From Trichoplax adhaerens (lineage: Eukaryota > Animalia > Placozoa), in assembly GCF_000150275.1 (NCBI RefSeq), contig NW_002060973.1, forward strand, positions 1 through 64,000: a stretch of 64,000 nucleotides of DNA, read 5' to 3'. The notes under the pieces were generated by a model. It searched no databases. It saw only the letters and a program-made list of their open reading frames with translations, and was not told where the DNA came from. Of the stretch, positions 1 through 14,936 are shown piece by piece. Position 1 is the stretch's first letter; each line of letters begins with the position of its first letter. The position numbers were made by a program, and so were the translations under genes.

Positions 1-109
1 CCTAACCCTAACCCTAATTCTAACCCTAACCCTAACCCTAACCCTAACCCTAACCCTAACCCTAACCCTAACCCTAACCCTAACCCTAACCCTAACCCTA
101 ACCCTAACC
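1..109 (-). repeat. Telomeric repeat tract (CCCTAA)n = (TTAGGG)n on the minus strand; chromosome end
   Basis: About 18 tandem CCCTAA units from base 1, with one TTCTAA variant near 18-23. The C-rich strand at the 5' end is the orientation expected for a true telomere. Confidence 0.97.
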
Positions 110-645
110 TTATTAATAAAACATATTTTAATTGCGACAACACCAATTACTGCCTCTACTTTGCATTGTGAATACTTTATCTGCTTCAATGTTTGCAATA
201 TTAGGGTTAGGGATTAGATCAAAAATACGACATAAGTGTAATAACACAAGCTACTTCTTTTTGGCATTCAAAGACTGAATCGTTTGTTATGCTTTGTCTA
301 ATCAAAACGAACGCGAATAGTGATTGACGAAATTGAATTTCAAATTTCGAACCGGCGCTAAATAAAGAATTGCAATCTGAGCCATTGGTAAGTTCACTAT
401 GATACTAGATTATCTATTTTGTAAACAAATGATAAAGAAAAAATGGACGAGATAAAGTCATAGGATTTGTCTCAAAATATTAGTGAATTGGTAGAAAGCT
501 AGATTTGATTCATTAATTCAAAAATGCTTTTACTAAACTATACCAATTCTGAAAGATATTTTTATAGCAGTTCCTCTCATCTTATGCAGAATTTAATGTT
601 TGTGCATTATTTACTAATGCAGTTATTCGTAACTTACGCTACAGT

Positions 646-695
646 NNNNNNNNNNNNNNNNNNNNNNNNNNNNNNNNNNNNNNNNNNNNNNNNNN
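646..695. other. Assembly gap (50 N)
   Basis: Run of N, immediately preceded by TACAGT. Confidence 1.
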
Positions 696-772
696 TTATT
701 ATTTACTGCACAAAACTGTATCTTTACAGAGTCACTCGGGTTAATAATCCTGTCCACTGCTGAAAGACTAAA

Positions 773-1168
773 ATGTCTTCTCAAGGATCGCCAAAGACGT
801 TTACTAGATCAGAAGTTACTGAGCACGATAAAAGTGAATCGTTATGGCTGGTAGTACACAACAAAGTATATGATGTAACCAATTTCATGGTGGAGCATCC
901 TGGTGGAGAGGAAATATTGCTAGAAATGGCAGGCAAAGACGCTACGATAGCATTCGAAGAAAATGGACATTCTGTTGATGCCCGAGCCCTAATGGGCAAC
1001 TATTATGTTGGAAATATTGAAGCTTCGGAAGTTCATGAAGATGAAAAAGCTCGCCTTTTCCCAGTAGCTATTCAAGATAAAGATACAAACGGATCTAATT
1101 TAGGCGTAATTCTTGTTGTTTTAATAATTGCTATATTATCTTACATATTTTTATCGAAGTCATCGTGA
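773..1168 (+). CDS. CYB5: Cytochrome b5, tail-anchored, single coding exon
   Basis: 131-aa ORF with WLVVHNKVYDVTNF, HPGGEEIL and GHS (both heme-ligand His) and a C-terminal hydrophobic anchor (LGVILVVLIIAILSYIFL). Probable 5'UTR intron from about 388 (G|GTAAGT) to 729 (TTTACAG|). Confidence 0.96.
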   Translation: MSSQGSPKTFTRSEVTEHDKSESLWLVVHNKVYDVTNFMVEHPGGEEILLEMAGKDATIAFEENGHSVDARALMGNYYVGNIEASEVHEDEKARLFPVAIQDKDTNGSNLGVILVVLIIAILSYIFLSKSS

Positions 1169-4100
1169 TCTCCATGTGCGGTACATGAAATTAACACGGT
1201 ACGACGTAAACTAAGTGTATAATGTAACTACAGTACAACACACATTGTCTAGTAAACATGGATTAATGTTGTACCTTAATTAATAGTGGTTCACGTATCC
1301 ATTTTTTGTCGTACCAAAATTAAAATGCAACTTCATCATCATCCAAAATTCATGTAAAACCATTATTGCGTTTATACGTGTTAAAAATTCTCGTTAATTT
1401 TATTTGCACTAATTTATGGAAATGGTTAAAATTGCAATAAATCCAATTTAATCGATTAAATGGTCTACTAATGTTATGTGATACATACATCTTCATTTGC
1501 TATCAAAAGAGAGTGTAAAGAAGACCCATTTTATATTTAGCGTATGCAGCTACTTCTATTTGAATTATATTTATGGTCATTGAGTCATTAGATAGGCCAG
1601 AAAAACGATAAGTACGCGTACGGCTTGAAGGATTTAAATCATTGTCTATAGCTCAAAATTTTCAATGTATTAGCTTAACACTACATAACTTCAGCGATCT
1701 AATTATTATATTATGAAAATACTAGTATCTAGCAATATACGAGCAAATTAGCCCATAATACGGGTACATCTATATATACTGTATGGCTACACAATACCAC
1801 GGCTAAAGACTAATAACTGCTCATGCTAACTGCCCGATAATTTTAGATTTCCTCAAACTTGAATGGCGATTTAAGTTTTATGTCTGCACTACACTCTATA
1901 ACTATTGCTATTATATCGGCTAATTACCGTGTCAGGTATATCATTTAAGATTAAGTTTTTACCAGATTAATTTCTATAATTCTTTTCTTAAATGGCTGCA
2001 GTATATCGATATTTGGTTCTTTCTTAAATTGTATATCGTAGGCAATATTATATTAAATAATAATAGATTCATCAAAATTTATTAGCCTCTATCTAAGCAA
2101 ATAGAATTATTTAGTAAAAGTATATATTAACTTGAGCTTTAATGAAGCTTTTTTTAGATATGATACTGACCCATGGCGATTAAGAGACTTTAGCTTGCTC
2201 AGATTTCTATAAAAAGAACTACTGTAATATTATAAAGTGTTTAAAAATAATGTAAAGTGATGAATTATTTACTTTTATTGTAGAAAAATTTTCTATGTGT
2301 TAATGAAATTTGTACCTCTGTTATATTATAGGAAGAGCCCATGCTCTCATACGATATAGTTTACCTACGAATTTTAGAATAGAGTCATGGATTACTAAAA
2401 TACATGGATTACTAGACATGTTATAGTAGTCCACTAAAGGGCACGGTCGGTTGGTTAGCATACATAACGTTGCTTTACATTCTAGTTGACATCCACCGTG
2501 GGTGCGACATCAACTGTAAGTAAATAGGTATCCTGTTGTACTCTAACTTACTTATTTGTAACTGAAGTTAGAAATTTGGCAGCACCTAGTCTATAAGACA
2601 CCATTGCTGGGTCATTACTTTATTAAATTGAATTATTTGAGACCGTAAGCCGAGATAACCTCCTATTCATGTATGTATCATACCTACTATTCTTGTTACA
2701 ACTAATTCTACCAAGATCCTAAAATTATAACGAATCTGCTGGCTTCAATCAATCACACTGTGTGGTCTTACACGTATTTATGATTCTTTATGGATTTCTT
2801 TCTATTCTGCTTCTTAAATGGAAACGGTATTTAATATTTAATTTAATATTTAATCAGAACGTGGTTATACAATAATTTTTCGAATATCCTTATATTCAGA
2901 TTTCATCATGAAAAGTTATCTATCATTTTACAGGCTTAATCAAATAGTAAACTATATTCTAATTATAGCATCAAGATATAGCCGTCAGCTCGCTAATTTT
3001 ACTTCTATACGATTTGGCCCTTTCTTAAATATAAATTGTACAGCAGAGGGTTGAATGGGTCTTATAGCTAAAGTAGTTCCACTTAATTAAAAGTATACAT
3101 CAATAATATTTAATTACCTAATATTAAGACATACATATTCGTGCTAACTTCAGTATTTCATTCCATGTAGTTTATAAATTCGGTGTTCGGGATTGTATAT
3201 CTGGCGAAAGTTTGTAATTTTTTATGTTAAAGTTTTTTAACCATGGGTAATTTCCCTCAATATAATATCTATCGGCATTATATCTGCAGGATCATCCAAT
3301 TGGATTAGATCAGATGGGTCATCAAACTATTTTATTCCACGTTGGCAGTAATAGTAACTATCTTTACCATAACGATACTAGTTAAAATCGAAGGTACCGT
3401 AGCAAGCCAGAATTGGCACTTAGCCAAAAAGATACCATCAGCTTCAGCATTCAATGATTCTTAGCACCTTGCTTTACTAGATCTATCAATACAATACTGG
3501 AAGTTGTGTGCGGTGACTACATTAGTTTTCGGTCGATAAATCTATGCTACCACCCGTATGTAGTCATAGGCTAAGTTTAATACTCGGATACTGTCCAAAA
3601 TAATCGGCTTTCCAGACTATTGATATCGTTATCTACCTATCTGATACTATCATGGAATACTGTGGCCAGTTTAAAAGGCTTTGGAGATTAATTACCAAGA
3701 TTGAAGTTCAGTATGTTATTCATAGGTAAACTATGCATTTTAGATCAGTAATAGAAGGTGAAGTTAAACATGTACAACCTCTGCCTTTGATTGATATTTA
3801 AGTTAGTTGTAGTCTCTTTGAAAAGTAACCGCAAAGAAAAAAATAAATACAGTACTATTTTTGTAAAGCGTAAACGACAGGTATTAGAAAATAACCGAAA
3901 AATTCTCTTGGAGCTCCAAAGTGTGCTAACTCATCTAGCTAATATTACCATCCGTTAACCTAGTTTAATTATTGCAATAGCAATCAAGAACATGATAAAC
4001 TTTATCATTTATACGACATATTTTTCATAGCATTTTATACATTTAGTTTAGGAAAATAGCTATCTGCCCTTCTTTCATGTTATATGTCTAACTAACTTGA

Positions 4101-7100
4101 GGATTGCTATGACAGAAGTGAAATTCTCGTAAAGAGTAGAAAATTCATCTTTACAACTTATGAATGTTAGATCAAATAGCATTATATACCATATGTTACA
4201 CTTTATTGGTATTAAAATGAAATTTTTAGGTCACCTCGTTCCATTTAATTATGCATTCATATTGCAGAGGATGATTAATACCGATTTATCCTCTAGGAAA
4301 AAATGAGAAGATTATATCATAGTGTCTAGTAAAGACAGCAATGACGATGCTGTATCTTGCCTTGGTACTAGTGGTATGTGATTCATCCTATTAGTCTGCG
4401 ACAAAGTTATTCACACTAATATGAATATAACAATTGATTATTTTACTCATTTTTATCAATGTTGCATCTTCTAATAAAAATGATTCCTTACATCGTTACG
4501 TATTTGCAATCAGCGTGTGCCCCAAGTTATATACATAAGTAATTTTTGCAAGATTTCACTATAAATGCTTTTCAGCTTTTATCACACATGACGAGATTTT
4601 ACACGAACGTGCAAAAAAATATATAGCTACTATTATACCATATACTCTGAATTTTTTTACCAGCGAAGTCGGCGGGTTCAAACTCGAATTTTATTCCATA
4701 GTTGCACTTATTTATAACAAGAAATATAAAAATATCATAATTTTATTCAACGTTCCAATCAGTGCTAAGAATCTTATATATTAAATATTAAAAAATTTGT
4801 GTTGCGTACGTAACGCTTATCCCGACCAATTTTTGCCAGCGAAGTCAAACTCGTAAATTTATTAGTATTACAAATCTTACCTTGCAAGATTAATTACCCT
4901 AGCAACGTTTTCGTAAATTAGCTCTACTATAACACGATCTAATAAATATTGTATTTTAAATTCAGTAGATCTACTGATCAAGTACTAATTCCTTCTAGGC
5001 ATTACTATATTGACCATTAAAAATTTTTCAAGACTACCATAGTGTCTATAAAGGTTTAAAATTAATACATAGCCTACGAAAGCCTAAACTTTACTTCCAT
5101 AGTCATTGGTTCGCTCCGATAGTAGCCTAAAGATAACCTTTATTTGTAGTACCGACTAAATAATTTAGGATTCTCATTGAAATGATAGGCTAGATTTATT
5201 TTGAATGATAAAGATGCCGGGTAAATTAGAATGTAAATTATTATAATAGAATATTTCTTAAATTGGTTGTAGTTGACAAATGTATAGACAATTTCTAAGT
5301 TTTAATCTTCGCTACCATACACTGCAGTAATTGACTTATTTAATTTTAAATAGGGAAACAAATTGATATAAAGAGAAAATAGCTTGTTACTTTATGAATT
5401 ATCATCTTTCTTTCCTTAATCAATCAACTAATATATAGCTATTCAACACCAATTTGTACGGTTTTCATAGATTGAGGCCTACATTGCTTGATTGTACATG
5501 TACTTACTAGAAAATAACCTTTGCAATCTACTAAAGTACAGCAATTTATTAAACATTCAGTTTCGGTGCAATGTGATTTATTTTAAATCAGTCAAAATGT
5601 AAATGGTTACATGCTCCTTCTATTACATTGAATTAATCATTAACAACGCTACAATTAGGAATTGTATAGTATGACGCAGCCCAGAAACTATACGATCAAC
5701 CAATTGCAGATTAATCACCGAAATTTTGACTATAACGTACGTTATTAAGCTTTATGCAAATAAAATTTTAACTGAGAGAGTCCAAGTTGCATCTGGAGAA
5801 ACTATGAACGAGTAATGTATTTTTTATGTTGGGTCATTTGAATATTATATATATAGATCAATTATTATTAAATACTCGCCCTTACACCTGGCTTAAGCTA
5901 CAATTAGCAAATAAAGGTAGAAATTGAGATCGATGATATCACTATTAGTATTTAATATAGCCAAAGTTCGTATCGATACATTTCAATTTATATCTTTCAT
6001 TTGTAGGTGCTGTAACAGGATTGATTTATGCAAGAGAAAATGCTGTACTAATGGAGATATTTTCGTAAACTCCAATCCGTATACAGTAAATTAAGGATTT
6101 CTTGAAAATGTCGTAACTATGTTGGTATAATTAGATAGTAGTTAGTTTAACGCTGTTAATACGGTACTCCATAAGTGCTTCTATAAGAATCTACATAGTT
6201 GAGGTAAATAAACATTTATGTTTCATATAGATGCACATAAAATCAGAAATATCTTAAATATCATTATTGGAATTAAATTTGCTAAATTCGAAAAATTAGA
6301 TGTCCAAAGTTCAAGGCTCTGCACGACATGAGCAGAGATGAATCCTGCTGTGATCTGTAGGACATGCTTTACACTTTCATCCTTGACGAATATAAAAGGC
6401 TAATTTTGTTTTATGATCATTGTCACGTCATTCCTTTATTCTTTGGTCTAATAGCAATATATGTGAAATAAGTAATTATAGAATGTCATATTATCGGATA
6501 AAGTTTAGTATGACCTAAATGTGCTATCAAACCAGTATCTGATAGAAGCAGCAGATTACAAAATTAGTAAATTATAACTTATTGAGTAAGACGTATAGTA
6601 TCTGTGATATGATTAATTATTATAGCCCAAGTATACAGCCGTAAACAACTACTGCAGCTGTGTGAAAATCGACTTGATCAACTTTTGAATTACAAGTTAG
6701 AACAGCTATTTACAAATCCTAAGAAAATACCTTGAACGAGGAGTTTATTTTTGGGCGAAATTTTTAGCCGACCTCATGCTGATGGCAAAATACGCGGAAA
6801 GATTTAGACCCCCTGCTTGGATTTATAGCAATTTCTGAAAAAGTGTTGAAGTGATGCCCAGCGCTTAAAGCATAAATTTCAAAGCTTACCCTCCTGCTCC
6901 GATCATGCTTTAATTCTGACCGACAAGAGCAGAAACTATCCCAAAACTGTTGCCAAATTATCTCTGGAAATATAAAAGAATTTTTAAAAGTAATTCTTTG
7001 AAAAACTTTCTGATCTTATAAATCATTACACTTCTATCAAATGAAGCTGACGTATGACAAATATAGAACGTGCAAAGTCCCTTGTATTATGCCAGTATAG

Positions 7101-7385
7101 AAAGACTGGCAAAACCAAACCGGTATGTTATAAACAATTTTCGTCCAATCAATTTGAGCGGTTTTGACATTACCCTTTGAACATAAGCAATGGAATATGC
7201 ACACTGCATATCTTACTGTAAATATAAATACAACAGATGCCGCAATATAATACAGTATAAAGGCAAATCAATCTAGTGATTAAACCGCCCTCACAATCAA
7301 TTAAATTTTCGAGCAGGATATACTCGTTTATTATTTCTAAACATGAGAGCAGGTGTAATGCTACTATATTTCCGTTAAGGGAGAG

Positions 7386-7393
7386 TATATAAG
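7386..7393 (+). promoter_or_regulatory. Candidate TATA box (TATATAAG) of desaturase 1
   Basis: TATATAAG about 360 bp upstream of the ATG, followed by a plausible 5'UTR intron (donor GTGAGA near 7487, acceptor CTTATAG near 7727). Confidence 0.4.
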
Positions 7394-7743
7394 CACATCA
7401 CAGGTAGAGGTACAAAGACTTTTGCCATATTTTGATGTCTCATACGTTGAAAAACTTACTTTTCGTCACCTTTTCTTTGATATCTGGTGAGATACGACTA
7501 AAGAAAATAAGATACAGACTGATCATATCGCAAGATCATACCATACAAAATCTGTAAAATGTAGTCCACTTCTTAATCTCCATTTACTATATTTTATTCT
7601 TTATAAGTAATATATAATTGTGTTTATAAGCATAATTTAATTGAAATTGCTCATTTTTTGGCTCAATTTACGATGCAATTAGTATGATTACGTTAAAGAA
7701 TTAATATTGTCATTATAATTCTTATAGGATAGAATCTATTGTC

Positions 7744-8887
7744 ATGGGATTTCAAGGATCATCTACTACTACTGTCTCAGAAGTAAAAAATAAAGCTACA
7801 GCTGTGAATGACGAATTGCCTCCTCTCAGAGAGCAAATTATTTGGAAAAATGTTCTTAGGTTTGGGTTCTTCCATGTCCTTTACATCAAAGGCTTGACTC
7901 TTCTACCTTACGTAAAAGGATGGTCAATAGTTTGGATTTTTGTTCTTCATTTTTTCGGATCGCTTGGCATAACAGCTGGCGTGCATCGCCTATGGAGTCA
8001 TAGGTTAGAAATTTAGTGCTTGTTAAGCTATAGTACCATATACACTTACATATGATTACTCAGCATTTCTCCCCAATACCTTAGGTCATACAAAGCATCG
8101 ACTGCAATGCGTATATTTCTTATGTTGTGCAATTCCATGACATACGAAAATAGCATATTACATTGGGCCAGAGATCATAGAGTTCATCATAAATTTACTG
8201 ATACTAATGCTGACCCCCACAGCGCTGGTCGAGGATTTTTCTTCAGTCATATCGGCTGGTTATTGGTAAAGAAGAACCATAGAACTAAGGAAGAAGGAGA
8301 TAAAATCAATTATGATGATTTATATCAAGATAAGGTCGTTATGTTTCAGTACAGGTAGGATACGTGCTTGATGATATTTTAAAGACTTTGACCCATATTT
8401 ATCACTATTAAATGATAGCTAATAATTTTTCGTACTACTGTATCGATGAAAATTACATAGGTACTATGGACTTACAGTGTTGGTGTGCTGGCTCTTATTT
8501 CCTCTATTAGTTCCGATGCTAGCTTGGCAAGAAACCTTCATGAATTCCCTCTTTGTATGCGTATTTTTACGTCATGGAATGATTCTTCATGCTACATACT
8601 GCATTAATAGCTTCTCGCATTTCTTTGGAATGAAACCTTACGATCGCCACATGAAACCTACAGAAAATCATCTTACTAACTTTGTTATAGCTGGTGAAGG
8701 TTTTCACAACTATCATCATTCGTTTCCGTATGACTATTCCGCTAGCGAATTTCGCATATTTAATGTTTCAACATTATTCATCGATTTTTGCGCTTTCCTC
8801 GGTCTAGCTAGTCATAGACGTAGAGTGTCACCAGAAGCGATTAAGAGAAGGATACAAAGGACTGGAGACGGTTCTCACAAAGGCTAA
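7744..8887 (+). CDS. SCD: Acyl-CoA delta-9-type (stearoyl-CoA) desaturase paralog 1; exons 7744-8003, 8085-8354, 8461-8887
   Basis: Three His boxes (HRLWSH, HRVHH, HNYHH), DPH..RGFFFSHIGWLL and C-terminal RTGDGS. GT-AG phase-2 introns join in frame. Confidence 0.95.
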
Positions 8888-11800
8888 TTATTATTTGTTG
8901 GTAAAACCCGTAAAATAGATAACTTTTATCTGGAGATGCTGGTATAATGTAATAAATAGAGCATAAGTAGGGTTCTATATGATCTTCTAGAGATTAATAA
9001 TTATAATAGTTGTAATAAGGATTTACTCTAGTTCGGTTTACTTCTGAACGGCTTGGTCACAGGATTACGTTTAGAATTAAAATACTTGTTGTAACTTTTA
9101 TTTTTGCGGCGATGAATTGCCTATGTACGCATGCAGGTGTAAGCATTGAATCAATAAAAAGAAAATATTTTTCTGCAGAATATTTATTCTCAGAATCAGT
9201 CATACATTAGTCTATGCTGCTAATATATTTTAAAATTTCCACTACAGTTCAGAATGTACAGTATAGTGATAGTTATTATGTTGTTGGTCGACGTCTCGCT
9301 ATTGTTATTGACAGGAAATAATCTTTAGTTGGCGTAAAGTATACCGTACTTCCATAAAGAAATTTAATTTAGATTTCCAGGTATTCATCACTATATCGTT
9401 AATAATTATGAACAATTTATATTTGAAGTTTAAACTTTTGTATTAGAAATTGTCATACAAAAACAAACGATATAGTTCAATAACTTAAATGCATACCTAT
9501 ATTACCCTTTTTTTGGCATGCTTTAGTCTAGAGAATATTTAGAGTAAAATTCCCTCAACCTAGTTTAATTTAACTTCATTAAATAAAGTTAATACGGTTA
9601 TCACTTCATTATTATAAGTACGGGTTTATGTAATGTATTTAGATTTCACTGTAGTCTTACCATATCTTTAAATATAGACATTTTGTGTTGTAACGAATAC
9701 ATATAGCTTTGCAGTCTAATTCTACTATACTCAAATATAGCGTGTTACGTTTAGTTATTTATAGCACCTGCAGCCTTCGCTGTCTCTTACAATCTTTGCT
9801 ATTACTTTGTCTGTTTATAGTAAATGTCTCATCTAATTGTAAAACCTGTTCTCCTCATGTATTCTATCTCTTAATCTATAAATACTCGATGATTTCTGCC
9901 TCAAATTTGTTAGTTGCACTAGTCACAGTAGTAGTACTTCCATACGATACTACACCACAGCTCACATACTGCTATACCGTAACTACCGCATTGAACCTCC
10001 GTTAGTATCCACAATACAGTATCCACTTTAATTAAAACTCCTTGTATAAATTCTGTGAACCGTTACTAAGCCTACAGCCGCTGACTCTTTCAACCCTTTA
10101 TCACAGCATACTTCTCACACGTTTCATGCACCAATTTGGAAGTTCAAAGTTACATTAAAATTAGTTCACACCTTCACTATGGACTATTCAGACATGCCTA
10201 TCTATTTCATATCTACTAACTTGTAAATTAAGAATACAAGATAATGAAATTATTTGATAGACATTTAGCTAGATCTACGCCTAATTAGTGCCCATTTCTC
10301 TATATTTTCAATCCAGTAAGTTGTTTCGAGATTTTTGTCTAAGATGCCATTAAGTAAGACGAATATAAACTAAAACTGCTGGCATGACATTACGCGGAAC
10401 AAATCTATTGTGATTTTGACAATAAATAATTTACCATGCTGTCAGTACGTACCAAAAATTGATCACATAGATATGAACAGCGATTGCTGCAAAATAGTAG
10501 CATTCATATTGGATTAAGTTATACAGGAATAAATAGATTTCATTTTAAGGCCGCTTAAAATTCTTAAAATATAAAGGCTTGCAAGATCTTAATTAAATTA
10601 GCTACATGATTATATAACTAAATTGCACTACCAATTTCCGTTAATAACGCAAACAAATTAGTTAATACCAGTTATTTTTCAAATCAACTGTCAATGACAA
10701 GTGACTTCAATAGTTTTAACTCTGAGCTTGGTTTAATCTTGACAAAACTTATTCTTTATATTCCATATTTTACTAATTTATGAATCGAAAAATTCGAATC
10801 TTAAAGATATCAACAATAAGTTGCATTTAGATATCTTTCAAATCGATACTAATCACGTAAAAGAGGATATTTATTAGTATATGAATTTATAGATAACTCT
10901 TGATGCATTTCAGCACGTAACCAACAGGTACAGCTTTTCATTTGATAAAAAAAATAAATAATCGATAATAATTATGTAATTCTAATACTTATAACATTCG
11001 AAAATGCAAATTGCCTATGGAACGATAAGTATATAATGAAAGTAACTTTAGGAATATGACACCTACCAATGTAGCATCACATGCACATAGGCTTATCTAG
11101 AGGTTAGATTTCCGGATGTATATGCGTATACAGTGTACAAATTACCAGCAAATATATATTATATAAGCTTTAACGGTTATACTTTTCATAATGTTAAAGT
11201 GCAATATATGCAGCATTATCTATCATTATTGATAGCCTTAGTATTGCAAGTATTTAATTATTACTAGACAATAGAAATGTTCAAAGTCATATAATTTTTT
11301 GATAATTAACTATTACTAAAAGCACAATAAAAGCCACAATCAAATTTTCTTACTTTATTGTATGACTAAATTTTGCTGATGCATAGAGTACTTTAGTCAG
11401 TATGACTTTTGTAACTTATAATGAACATGTATAAACAGGATTAAGTTAGATTAACAGCACAGTATATTGGTTAGCAAAATACTCTTATAAGATATCGTTT
11501 ATCAATGTCCTAATACATGAAAAACTAAATTTTAAAATATCATCTAGTGTTTTTCCTCGGTAAATATCTTAACTGCTTTGTTATTAAAAGGTAATAGGTA
11601 TTGTTTTCTCCTTTTCGTAATATCACTATATCTGGCTGATAATGATTAATAAATGTTCATTACATGATTTTCGCTTTGATTTATTACGGTTCGTTGCTAA
11701 TAAGTTTTTTAATATTATTATGCAATCAAATAAAAATTAATCATACTTATAAGGCTCATTTCAACAGTCTTCACCTTTTGCTCCATAACATTATAAACTT

Positions 11801-14800
11801 ATTGATGAACGTAATTAAAAGGTCTTCGAAATATTAGGTTGGAACAGTACAGTAGGCTATAGTTGATAAAATTCTCTAATTTTAGAATTTTGTAGGTAAA
11901 ATCGTATATGGAGTTTCTCTACTATTATAAAACTCTAACTAACTGCTAAAATCACATGCTTATTTTTATTAGAACTATCAGCTGGCTACTCCGATAGATC
12001 GAAACGGAAGATGCTTAACCGATCAAAATAGGTATAATGTACGTAATATAGATTTTATAGAATTTTGCTCTTTACATAGTACTTTGCAATCGAAGTCAGA
12101 CAGATGCCGATGTTTCACTGTTTTCATGAACTGATGAAATTACCCACAATCGTATGCTATATATATTTGTACTGTATTACGATTATATGTTGTAAGCTTG
12201 CTAAATTCATCTCGTAAGCAGATGTCAAGCTTTTGTTTTTAAATAGCAGTTGATCACCCTTTAAATATCTATCTGCCAATGCACTGGTCAACATTAGAAA
12301 TTAGGCATCATCACAGTATATGTATAAAATAATTACTTAATTTTAAATCTAGATTAGCCAATAAGTAAGGGTCTTCTACAACTAATGATCCAAACACCTA
12401 GGGAATTTTAATTTAGATAAATTTAGGATCAAATACTGTATAGTAAAAGGTAAGTAACAATGCCACTCGCTCTGGTATGATTCCATATCACACTTAATCT
12501 AACTTCTGTGGGCTTCAATCAGTATCATTGCCAATTCTACTAGTAACGTCTATATTGCACGCGTATAGTAATATGTACTGTATGTTATACAAAATGAGTC
12601 CCAGAATACAATAATTTAAGCAATTACTTAGTCCATCACCCTTAAAAGTAAGTTAAATTCAACAAATTTACTATATAACAAGGACTGCCTACATCATTTA
12701 ACAAAATATAAGTTGTGTAAAAATCTTGATCGACAGACAAGATCAGCTAGTATATCAGTAATCAAAGATTAATAACAACCTCAATCAATGGGTTTTATTC
12801 AAGAAATCTGTCAGTTTTAGCAAAATACGACCTTCATTGTTGAAAATGATCTTTACTCAGTTTAAAAATATCGGGCTAATTGGTAAAGTAAGGCCTTATC
12901 AACATTCCATATCATCTTATCTATTTACGACACCATGGGTGAATTGACTTAAGCTGAATTGAGATCTTTAAATTTTCTACTATTACAAATTAAAAGATAC
13001 GCTTATTACAAATAAAAATCTAAAATTCGTGACTCGGGGAACTTTCCTAATTAAATAAATTATATTATATAATACAATGATTATTGAATTGGTTAGTTAA
13101 ATTGTGTAAATATGCGTTAATAGTAATGAAGAGTAAATGCTAGTATTATTAACAATGAGTTCCGCATGAAACAGTATGTGGATCTTAAAAAGAAAAAATC
13201 AATTACTAAATTGAATTTTATAGGTTTATAATAATCATAACTGAGATACTCACAGCATAAGATTATGATACGAGTATGCAGTACTGTAAGCTCATAATGC
13301 CCAGTATACCGTTTACGGTACAGCTCAAGCTACCAACGTACTGAATATTTATTTGATGAGAAAATCGTGGATTTGTGCTATTCATTTTTAGATTAAACCG
13401 ACATAGCTAGAATATTAAATTTAAAAGTTAAAATCCATAAGCAATTTACTATTTTTAGATATAATTCTGTTAATAAGCTAATTATAAATGAATAAAATAT
13501 TCAAATATTTAATTTTAAATTAGTATTACTGCAAAAATTTCAGTCAATAATCATGCTATTTATAATTATTACTTATACGCGTACATACAGCATTCAAATA
13601 ATTCTAGTTCATACATCCAGTCTGAATAATCTTTCCGACAATCATTTTAGTTGGCCCTCCAAAAGAAAATACCTATTACTATATGAGGAATATTAAGAAG
13701 GATGAAGAATGATTTATAGTATACTTCAATATAGCATTTTAATTTTTAGTCTACTCTCATGGATCCTGGATTGCAATTATTAGCAGAAACTTAAACTTAT
13801 GCATGCTCTAGTAAATATTAATAAAACCTTCCGTATTCCTATCACGTCATTTTAAATTATAACTTTATTGATTAATCTATGTCTATTACTGACACTCCAG
13901 TAATACATACGTTGTAATAAACTAGAATAAAATTAATTATCCATGATACAATAGCTGAGTCTAGTATATGATTATATTAAAAGTAGTGTACTAATTATGA
14001 CAATATTGCCAAATGCTTCACTTCGGTATTTGGAATTGTCCTTTACCGCCCTAACCTCTTAAATTCATATTAGTAAAGTTATTATCAAGCTGTACGATTA
14101 CTACTAGAGCATCTGATCTAAGATTATGTAGTTGCAGGCATTAACGTTGTAGGGAATTTATTTCCTGCAAGGTAGCATTTATTGGGACTAATTAATTCCA
14201 TTTAGTTTGCGACTTAGCTGAGATTCTTGAGATGCTAATTGTAGCAAAATCTCCTCTACTTAACTAACACCCTAACACTAATTCTTTCTATTATTGTGAG
14301 ATTTCATAATTGAATATTCCGATAAATAATTGTTCAATATTAGAAAATGTAGTTAATTCGCAAGCGCAATTAGTCAACTCAGAAGCGAAATTATGCTCAT
14401 ACCGGCTAGCATTACTGCGTCACGTTATTATCGTACGATGGATAATATAGGGAAGCGTTACAATGTAATGCTAACCAATATTTATATGTAGAAAGCCATA
14501 CATGTCTTTAGCAGTTGCCGGATAGCTTCAGATAAAGAGGACCTAAGCACGCGTATAGCACTGGCAGTTATTGGATAGCTCTGCATCTATACGTACAGTA
14601 TATTATATAGCTACATACTGTATAACGAACGGATACAGACAGCCATATATAACACAAACAATTATTGGTGGCTCTTTTCCTTCATTGTGAACGGAAGTGG
14701 CCGGTTAGTTAAACATGCGTATATCTGAAATGTATCATTTTGGTCCTGAAATATGTCATTATAGTAAGGAAAATCAATCAACACATATTTTATTTATTAT

Positions 14801-14936
14801 ATATTTTAATCATCGTAACTTTGTTATGTTTTAAGTATTAGATACCAAATAAGGTCAAAAATATCATTTTACCTTTGAACTTTGATTGTCCGACACCGAC
14901 TGATTAGCTTGAGATAATCTCATGTATATTATATTA

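Noticed and set aside
524-763. 79-aa ORF upstream of cytochrome b5
   Set aside because: It reads through an N gap within a probable intron.
9709-10005. 98-aa ORF in a C-skewed intergenic stretch
   Set aside because: TTG start, no motif, no splice context.
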